A stretch of 41,837 bases of DNA from a virus. Its lineage: Duplodnaviria > Caudoviricetes. The notes beneath the pieces were generated by a model. It was not told where the DNA came from. It was given only the letters and a program-made list of their open reading frames with translations, and made no database searches. The position numbers and the translations under genes are program-made. Below are positions 36,112-41,837 of the stretch, piece after piece (the stretch's first letter is position 1; each line of letters opens with the position of its first letter). The DNA lies in IMG/VR virus record IMGVR_UViG_3300017965_000005, positions 1 to 41,837 of that record, one strand, 5' to 3'.

Positions 36112-36140
36112 AGAGTACATAGGTAACAAGGTGTCGTCAA
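36112..36140 (-). promoter_or_regulatory. Sigma70-like late promoter, leaderless transcript
   Basis: TTGACG-17-TACTCT-6-ATG; -10 lies within TTACC-N10-GGTAA inverted repeat. Confidence 0.7.
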
Positions 36141-36142
36141 GG

Positions 36143-36660
36143 GGCGCCCTTGCGCTGGAGCGCCGGGCGCCGATACCCCCGCCTTCCCTGCTCAGGACCC
36201 TTCCTGGGTGGGTGGCTGCCCCTCGCTGTTCGCCCCGACCCCTGCGACGGCCAGGCTCCCGGCGAGCTGGACCGCGCCGGCCGCCTCAAGCGGCCCGGCG
36301 CCTGAGCATAGGACCAGGACGTATGCGGGATGCCGGATCGAACTACCGGCCCGGAGCCTGGATTTCTGCTCGCCGGCCCGGGGTGCGAGCCCCGGGTGCT
36401 GCTGTTGGCCGGGGGTCTCACCCGGTCCTCCTCGCTCTTTTCCCCCTCGCCCTCTCGGGGTCAACGGGGCCGGGAGCTGCTTTTCTTGACCGGGACGGTA
36501 GACGAGGAGGACGAGGCTGTGGTAGGATTGCTCCGTTCGCCACAGTCTTTCTTCGCTCCCGAGCCCGCGCCGTCACGCGGGCTCAACTCTTTGTAGGTCA
36601 TCTGCACCACAAAAGCATCCGCCGTTCTGGCGACCCGGTCAAGGTGTCTGTTTTCAGACA
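36143..36660 (-). ncRNA. Candidate large structured RNA A (~520 nt)
   Basis: Many 7-10 bp complementary pairs incl. crossing ones; GNRA loops and A-rich linkers on minus strand; extended -10 TGnTACCAT at 36685-36677. Confidence 0.55.
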
Positions 36661-36668
36661 GTGCGACA

Positions 36669-36685
36669 TGTTACCGATGGTAACA
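36669..36685. promoter_or_regulatory. Palindrome TGTTACC-GAT-GGTAACA at the strand-divergence point
   Basis: Perfect 7-bp inverted repeat in AT-rich region; same GTTACC half-site as late promoters. Confidence 0.6.
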
Positions 36686-36769
36686 GCGGTATGTATGCTT
36701 TTTCTTACATCTTGACTGGAGACAGGATTTGCTCTCAATTTATGGTTGTCGCTGCAAAGGAGGCTTGAT

Positions 36770-36991
36770 ATGGAGACCAAGCAGTGCAACAAGTGCAAGG
36801 AGTTCAAGGCGTTGCTTTTCTTCGGAAAGAGAAGGGCCAAGAAGGACGGTCTTTACGAGACTTGCAGGGATTGCATGAAGGACGTTCCGAGCAGGGTATC
36901 GGCGATGAATCGCAACAAGCTCAAGTCGCTGATCAAGAGGCGCGACATGATGGGCGCTCAACGCTGGAAAGATGGTGGCGGCGGCGCCTGA
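36770..36991 (+). CDS. Cys4 zinc-finger protein (73 aa)
   Basis: SD AAGGAGG; KQCNKC..F..KDGL..CRDC, like N-terminal Zn domains of phage HNH/EndoVII proteins but no nuclease domain. Confidence 0.75.
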   Translation: METKQCNKCKEFKALLFFGKRRAKKDGLYETCRDCMKDVPSRVSAMNRNKLKSLIKRRDMMGAQRWKDGGGGA

Positions 36992-37003
36992 AGCGCCCGC
37001 CGC

Positions 37004-37162
37004 TCAGGGCCAGGAGACGCCGTGGCCCGAGAAGACGAAGCAGAGAACGAGCGCGCCACAAAAGAACAGGATGCAACCGACCTCGGCTGCCTTGGGGTTC
37101 GCGGCCAGGGCGTAGGTGACGAGACCAACGATGGCGACGAGCATGGGGATGATGGCGGTCAT
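37004..37162 (-). CDS. 52-aa two-TM membrane protein, antisense in early region
   Basis: MTAIIPMLVAIVGLVTYALA-ANPKAAE-VGCILFFCGALVLCFVF. Confidence 0.65.
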   Translation of the reverse strand: MTAIIPMLVAIVGLVTYALAANPKAAEVGCILFFCGALVLCFVFSGHGVSWP

Positions 37163-37194
37163 GCCGCCTGGACACCTGCAAAAAGGAGACCAAG

Positions 37195-37917
37195 ATGAAG
37201 AGAAGTGAGTTCGAATCCAAGGTCCGTAGCTGCACGGCAGAGCCCTGGACGGACACATCATACGGAGCCGATCAAGTCCTTGCTCTGGTCGCTCAAGTCG
37301 GTGTCACCTGGGACCCGGAGGAGCCGGAAGCGCTGTGGGAAGCTCCAGAAACCGTGGATGTATATGCCACCCGAATACTCATTGACGGGACCATCGAATA
37401 CCTTTCTTCGCTTAGGGGATGGCTGCCCATGGATTGCCCGACTACTCGCGAGCTTGCCCGCCGACTCCTCGCTGAGCGGGCGGAGAAGGCGAAGCAGGAT
37501 GTCATGCAGCACAGCGTCCTGGCCGGACTCGCCGCCGACAAGGATCACGTCACGGACGGCAGCTCCTGCTGGTGCAATCCGGTTACGGAGAAACCGGGGA
37601 TCGAAGATGTCCCGGACGGCGATATGGCGGCGGTTTCGGGGACCGCCGCCTGGATCGAGAGGGAGAGGGCGTGCCGGGACCTGGACGGAGAAGTTCGGAG
37701 CGAGGAGGCTGCCGGTCGCCGCCGGATCGCGAAAATACTCAAGGCCAGCAGGTCGTCGTACTGGTACGCGAGACACATCGGGAAGGTGTTCGAGGTCGAG
37801 TTAGTGGAGGCGGAGGGGTTATTCAAGGGGAGTGCGCGCGTTGCCGGTTATTGTGGCGGTCACTATGTTCAACCCGAGGACATGGAGTACCTGGAATTCC
37901 TGGATCTAGGCTCTTGA
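37195..37917 (+). CDS. Hypothetical mosaic protein (240 aa)
   Basis: SD AAAGGAG; domain shared with 8016..8906; H..CWCNP motif. Confidence 0.8.
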   Translation: MKRSEFESKVRSCTAEPWTDTSYGADQVLALVAQVGVTWDPEEPEALWEAPETVDVYATRILIDGTIEYLSSLRGWLPMDCPTTRELARRLLAERAEKAKQDVMQHSVLAGLAADKDHVTDGSSCWCNPVTEKPGIEDVPDGDMAAVSGTAAWIERERACRDLDGEVRSEEAAGRRRIAKILKASRSSYWYARHIGKVFEVELVEAEGLFKGSARVAGYCGGHYVQPEDMEYLEFLDLGS

Positions 37918-37943
37918 CATTCTAGGATCTCTCATCCTAGAAT
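37914..37943 (+). promoter_or_regulatory. Near-consensus sigma70 promoter with overlapping operator
   Basis: TTGACA-18-TAGAAT; perfect inverted repeat ATTCTAGGAT-N5-ATCCTAGAAT at 37919-37943. Confidence 0.8.
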
Positions 37944-37947
37944 TGTT

Positions 37948-38330
37948 GTTGGAGGCGGACGGGTTGAAAGCCGAAGCTGCTTGCCAGTCAAAAGATCGGC
38001 AACCATCCAACCCGGAAGCCCTGAGGCGTACGACCAGGGCGCCGCCTCCAACTCCTTGGATCGCAGGATTGCATCCTGCCAGGAAACGACAGCGCGGTAA
38101 GGGGACAGGGGCTCCAGTCCCCCTTCGGCCACCGGGAAAAAGCGCATATGCGGCGAGATCGTCGGCCCCACGACGCGACCCGCGAAAACCAAGACTTGTA
38201 TCGGCGAGGTGGCATTTCTGGCAGGATGGAGTCCTGCGGAGATCGACCGGCCGCAGCCGAGGCCGGCGAAGATCCGGTACAGCGAGCAACGGGAAGTCCC
38301 GCAAGCCGGGTGGCCCCGCCGATACGGGGC
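37948..38330 (+). ncRNA. Candidate large structured RNA/leader B (~380 nt)
   Basis: Starts at predicted TSS; 11-bp closing helix, ~23-bp long-range helix with G-U pairs, possible kissing loop and pseudoknots. Confidence 0.6.
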
Positions 38331-38353
38331 ATTCAATGACGAAAGGAGACCAG

Positions 38354-38668
38354 ATGAGTGAAGTGCGGAAGATGAGGCGGAGGCTCATGAACATGAGCAC
38401 AGGCGGGTATCCGATGGGGCCGGCTTCTCCGGAGGTGTTCAACGACATGCGGCGCCAGAACTTCGCCGAGGAGCTGGTGAAGCTGGGGATCGAAGAGCTG
38501 AGCTACGAAAGCTTCAGCGACACCCACAAAGAGGTCAAGCACGAGGGCAAGGAATACTTCGACACGGAGCCGACTCTGACCCTGGAGGGGTGGTTCCTGG
38601 CGATGACGAAGGCGGCCAAGGCCGCGGCCGAGGAGATGTACCCCGAGCTGCCTGAGGAGGAAGCCTGA
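38354..38668 (+). CDS. Hypothetical protein (104 aa)
   Basis: SD AAAGGAG before ATG 38354; TGATG coupling to next gene. Confidence 0.75.
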   Translation: MSEVRKMRRRLMNMSTGGYPMGPASPEVFNDMRRQNFAEELVKLGIEELSYESFSDTHKEVKHEGKEYFDTEPTLTLEGWFLAMTKAAKAAAEEMYPELPEEEA

Positions 38669-38970
38669 TGCCCAGGAAGCCGAAGGACGAAGAGACCGCC
38701 GTCAAGCCCGGCGCGCGGAGCCCGAAGCTCCGCGTCGCCATCCCACTTTCTCCGGAGGCTACGGCCGAGGTCCGGTCGAAGGCCTCCGTCTACCGCGGCC
38801 AGCTCACCCAGGAGGGGTTCATCGCTCTGATCGGTCTCGAGATCGAGAACCGCCTGCCGGTCATTCTGCGCCAGATCATCGCGAGCCTCGAAGCCGATCG
38901 CCGGCAGAGGTTGGGCCTGGAGCCGCCGCCGGTCGCCGTCGAGGCGGTCAGGACCGAGGACGAAGTCTGA
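38668..38970 (+). CDS. Hypothetical, possibly DNA-binding protein (100 aa)
   Basis: SD GAGGAGG; TGATG coupling at both ends. Confidence 0.7.
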   Translation: MPRKPKDEETAVKPGARSPKLRVAIPLSPEATAEVRSKASVYRGQLTQEGFIALIGLEIENRLPVILRQIIASLEADRRQRLGLEPPPVAVEAVRTEDEV

Positions 38971-39221
38971 TGGCGGCCTCGAGGTTTCGGCCTCCGAAGA
39001 GCTGGACGCCGGCAGTGACGAGCCAGCCGGCTGCTGGTTGCGGCATTCGCAGCGGGGTCAACTTCAAGAAGGAAAAAGAGGAGGCCCCGGCCCTGCGCGT
39101 CTCTCGCACCGGCATCTGCAACAAACCGCGCAAGCAGAGGGAGGCCTTGCGCAAGGAACGTAAGGCGGACCCGAACGGTTTCGGGGTGCATTCCTGGCGT
39201 CGGAGGCAGTGGGTCGCGTGA
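38970..39221 (+). CDS. Basic hypothetical protein (83 aa)
   Basis: Coupled at both ends. Confidence 0.55.
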   Translation: MAASRFRPPKSWTPAVTSQPAAGCGIRSGVNFKKEKEEAPALRVSRTGICNKPRKQREALRKERKADPNGFGVHSWRRRQWVA

Positions 39222-39454
39222 GAGAGCTGGATTGGGGGCGGGCGATGCGGATGCTCAAGGCGTCCTCCGGCCTCTCGCAGGCCGAGCTCGCCGCGAAGGC
39301 CGGCATCTCCCCCTCCCACCTGGCAGAGATCCGGGCCGGTCGCCGCACCAGGGGCGGCCGGCAGTCCCATCCCTCGATCGACACCCTACTCCACCTCGCC
39401 GAGGCGGGCGAGGTGGAGGTCTCCACGATTATTTCCTGGGCGGAGGGGTCATGA
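39218..39454 (+). CDS. XRE/Cro-family HTH regulator
   Basis: GLSQAELAAKAGISPSHLAEIRAG..PSIDTLLHLA; GTGA coupling, SD GGAGG. Confidence 0.85.
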   Translation: MRELDWGRAMRMLKASSGLSQAELAAKAGISPSHLAEIRAGRRTRGGRQSHPSIDTLLHLAEAGEVEVSTIISWAEGS

Positions 39455-39618
39455 GCTGTACCTGGAGAGAGGACCCGGACGGGAACTGGCACACCGACTG
39501 CGGCCACATCTTCTGCTTCGTCGAGGGAGGGCCAACTGAGAACCAGGTCAAGTTCTGCGGCTACTGCGGGTCCCGCATCTTCGATGAGCCGTTCGTCGAC
39601 CACGAGGAGGAAGATTGA
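39451..39618 (+). CDS. 55-aa zinc-ribbon protein
   Basis: SD GGAGG; CTW..WHTDCG..KFCGYCG. Confidence 0.75.
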   Translation: MSCTWREDPDGNWHTDCGHIFCFVEGGPTENQVKFCGYCGSRIFDEPFVDHEEED

Positions 39619-40034
39619 AAATCACAGATCTGGAAGAGCTGCTGATGGAGATTCACGGGCTTCGCGGCGACCTGGATCGCGAGACGAAGCTGCGAAGGAA
39701 GGCGGAGGCCGGGTGGGCGGCCATGTGTGAGCTGCTCGGGGAGCGGATGAAGGTCGAGGAGGAGCGCTGTCACTTCCAGATCAGGGTCACGGCGGAGGCA
39801 GTCCTCTCCGATTGCCTGCTGCTTGTGGCCGATACCAACCTCGGCCAGCTTGAGGAGCACCTCGCGGAGACACTGGCGCGCGCCATCTTCCTCCAGCTCC
39901 GCGCCGGCCGTGAGGGCCGGCTCTCCTTTGAGCGCGCGGCGGTTCCCAGGATGCTCCGGGAGATTCCGGTACCGGATTTCCCGAGACCTAGGATGACAGG
40001 TCCGGAGATTCCCGGAGCGGAGACCCTAGAATGA
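39615..40034 (+). CDS. Hypothetical protein (139 aa)
   Basis: SD GAGGAGG; TTGA coupling. Confidence 0.7.
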   Translation: MKITDLEELLMEIHGLRGDLDRETKLRRKAEAGWAAMCELLGERMKVEEERCHFQIRVTAEAVLSDCLLLVADTNLGQLEEHLAETLARAIFLQLRAGREGRLSFERAAVPRMLREIPVPDFPRPRMTGPEIPGAETLE

Positions 40035-40252
40035 GTGGATTCTGCGACTCCCTTCGCGACGGCTTGAAGACCAGGATGGGCATATGTCCAACCTGTGGGG
40101 TCGGCGACATGCACCAGAGGGAGATGGCGCGGCTACTCAACGTGTCTCCTGCAATCCTCAGCAGGTTCCTCGGAGGCAAGGCGCCATCGGCAATGCTGGT
40201 TGACCGCCTCGTAGAGTATCTGGAGATTCTCGGAACGGAGACCCCAGAATGA
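40031..40252 (+). CDS. HTH regulator with N-terminal CxxC
   Basis: HQREMARLLNVSPAILSRFLGGKAPS; ATGA coupling. Confidence 0.75.
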   Translation: MSGFCDSLRDGLKTRMGICPTCGVGDMHQREMARLLNVSPAILSRFLGGKAPSAMLVDRLVEYLEILGTETPE

Positions 40253-40422
40253 CTGCCAAGAACCGCCTGGTCCGCGTCGTGGCGGCCTACGGACCATCCG
40301 AGCGCGAGACGTGGGAAACTCTCTGGTTCGGATACGAAGACACCTTGCCGGCGGCAAGAGTGCCGTCTCCCCTGCTTGTTCCAGCCAATGAGAAATTCCA
40401 CTTGATGATAGTGCCCTACTAG
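40249..40422 (+). CDS. 57-aa hypothetical protein (not in ORF track)
   Basis: Hand-translated MTAKNRLVRVVAAY..; ATGA overlap, SD GGAG. Confidence 0.55.
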   Translation: MTAKNRLVRVVAAYGPSERETWETLWFGYEDTLPAARVPSPLLVPANEKFHLMIVPY

Positions 40423-40816
40423 GGCCAGGACGCCACCAGAGGGCACCTGAGCCACGAACGCCTACCACCCCTCCCTACCTCACGAGCCCGCCCCTCCGAT
40501 CCCCGTAAAAGCCAGCTTAGCGCGAAACAGGCCCATACAGGCCGCCGGCGCCTGAAGCGCCCGGCGGCTGAGTCCTGTCCCTCTGCTACCGCCTCGTCAT
40601 TGTCCTCTTTGGGCTACGACATGCCTGAGCGACCCGCATATTGAAAGCGGGGACTCCCCCCTCTCCGCCGCCACCCGCCCTCGACCGGCATACCCCCCCC
40701 TTACACACAGGTGTGCTTGAATAACTCTATGGCTTTGTAGGAAAGACATGGTGCTCATGCAGTGAGCATGACTTGAATAATAGTTGAACTAGGGGGAGGC
40801 CATAGAGGGGAAGAGG

Positions 40817-40887
40817 GGATGGGTCAGAGATTGACCCACTACAGAGGGGAGGGCGGTGGTGTGGTGGATGGGTCAAAGATTGACCCA
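40817..40887. repeat. Two copies of a 22-bp palindromic repeat GGATGGGTCA(G/A)AGATTGACCCA
   Basis: 40817-40838 and 40866-40887, one mismatch, each TGGGTCA-N5-TGACCCA. Confidence 0.85.
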
Positions 40888-41635
40888 TGGGTGGGACAAA
40901 ATGTCGCAGCCTCTCTGGTGTGCTGGTGCTGTAGTACACCGAGCTGCTCCTTCCCCTCCTCCCTCCTCTCCCCCTTCCGGGTTCAACCATTCCTCAACTC
41001 CTGCGCAGTGAGTGGGTATCCGGGTAAGATCGTTGAATCTCGTTGGCTCCGTGGTATTGCGTTCCTCTGTCGCACGTGCGACACTCATCTTGTCAGGGGC
41101 GGGGGAGGGCGGGCGGGGCGGCGGTGACGGGTTGACATGGAGAGCGAAGGGCGGGAGCGGACCGGGCGCGAGAGCGCAGAGGTCCGCAAGCCTCCCGAGG
41201 TGCTCCGCGAGCTTCGGCCCGCGTCCGGTTGTTTCGGTTCCTGCCGGGGCGTGTGTGGTGCGTGGTTCCCTGGCACGGGGCGGTTCTGGTCTATGCGCGT
41301 TCCTCACTGCGCGGGCGCTCAGGCGCCGCGCAGGAGAGCACGAAAGGCGGGACGGAGCGGCGGGTCTCCCCGGTAAGAGTGGAGCGAGTTGTCCAAGCGG
41401 CAGCGACTCCCCAGGACGGCAGGAGCCGAGTGCATCCCTCTCCGGAGGCTTGCATCCTGCTACTTCTTTCCGGCGCGAGTCCCCTTGACCGGGGCGTTGT
41501 CAAGTGCCAGTAAAACCGCGACAGTGCGTAAGGGTGTGTGGAGGGGTGAGCGGCGACCGGTTGATTCCAGGTCACAAAGAAGAGGCGGCAGGATGGAACC
41601 CTCCGGACCAAACCTCAACAGAAAGGAACCCTCTC

Positions 41636-41837
41636 ATGTCAGTCCCTCGCGATATCTATCTAACCTTCCCCTCGCCCCGTACGGCTCTTTCGGCAATGCG
41701 TCGACTCAGGGAAGTCCGCCCCAACGCCAGGGTACTCCGTGATCCCGGCTCCAGCATTCTTCGGATCTCCCGCACCTGGGAGCCCGCATCCCACTACACC
41801 GAAGTCCTCGGATGCGCCGCACCTGTCGTGCGGGTCG
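41636..41837 (+). CDS. 5' part of hypothetical protein running off the window end
   Basis: SD GAAAGGA; MSVPRDIYLTFPSPR.. open to the end. Confidence 0.6.
   Translation, partial: MSVPRDIYLTFPSPRTALSAMRRLREVRPNARVLRDPGSSILRISRTWEPASHYTEVLGCAAPVVRV

Larger units (their letters stand above)
1..41837. mobile_element. Tailed bacteriophage genome (podovirus-like), probably complete and circularly permuted
   Basis: TerS-TerL-portal-scaffold-capsid-adaptor-nozzle-ejection gene order; DnaB/nuclease module on the opposite strand; no host housekeeping genes; ORF 41636.. continues in frame into 1..164. Confidence 0.93.

Noticed and set aside
36598-36840. 80-aa minus ORF
   Set aside because: Overlaps a better + gene and the promoter region; no SD
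36784-37194. Plus-strand bridge across the antisense membrane gene
   Set aside because: No clear coupled start at the 36991 stop, and gene 37195 has its own strong SD
37951-38050. tRNA-like look (8-bp stem ending in CCA)
   Set aside because: No TTCRA T-loop, D-arm or anticodon arm; CCA is part of an 11-bp helix
36143-38330. tmRNA, RNase P, SRP or group I/II intron identity for the structured tracts
   Set aside because: Hallmark sequences (e.g. GAGGAAAGUCC, tmRNA acceptor ends, intron domain V) not seen by eye; Rfam scan still needed
37943-38353. N-terminal extension making a 241-aa ORF
   Set aside because: Starts inside the -10 box, Arg-rich non-protein-like; strong SD lies at ATG 38354
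40817-40887. Mini CRISPR array
   Set aside because: Only two 22-bp repeats with a G-rich low-complexity 27-nt spacer; the Cas4-like gene is a common stand-alone phage nuclease

Overview
A ~41.8 kb high-GC tailed phage, probably a complete circularly permuted genome, because one reading frame runs in register across the 41837/1 junction. The gene set is podovirus-like (P22/T7-type: portal, adaptor, nozzle and ejection proteins, no tape measure). The + strand carries early/replication genes (36770-41837 and 1-9487: SSB-like, Cas4-like nuclease, DnaB helicase, DUF1064 nuclease, HTH/RHH regulators, many small ORFs). The - strand carries the late genes (36105-9545: TerS, TerL, portal, scaffold, capsid, tail, ejection proteins, membrane/lysis-like genes). 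I recognised no integrase, primase, polymerase or endolysin. Two things stand out. (1) Five early-type + strand cassettes lie inside the late region, and the four within the capsid-to-terminator operon are each spanned on the late strand by a codon-aligned, stop-free 'bridge' ORF that starts and stops at the flanking structural genes. One bridge ends in a GNAT domain interleaved with the antisense protein. (2) Three long non-coding tracts (36143-36660 minus, 37948-38330 plus, 41150-41610 plus) are dense in helices and pseudoknots, and two share motifs, suggesting undescribed large structured RNAs. Products were assigned by motif and synteny only; no searches or folding programs were run.
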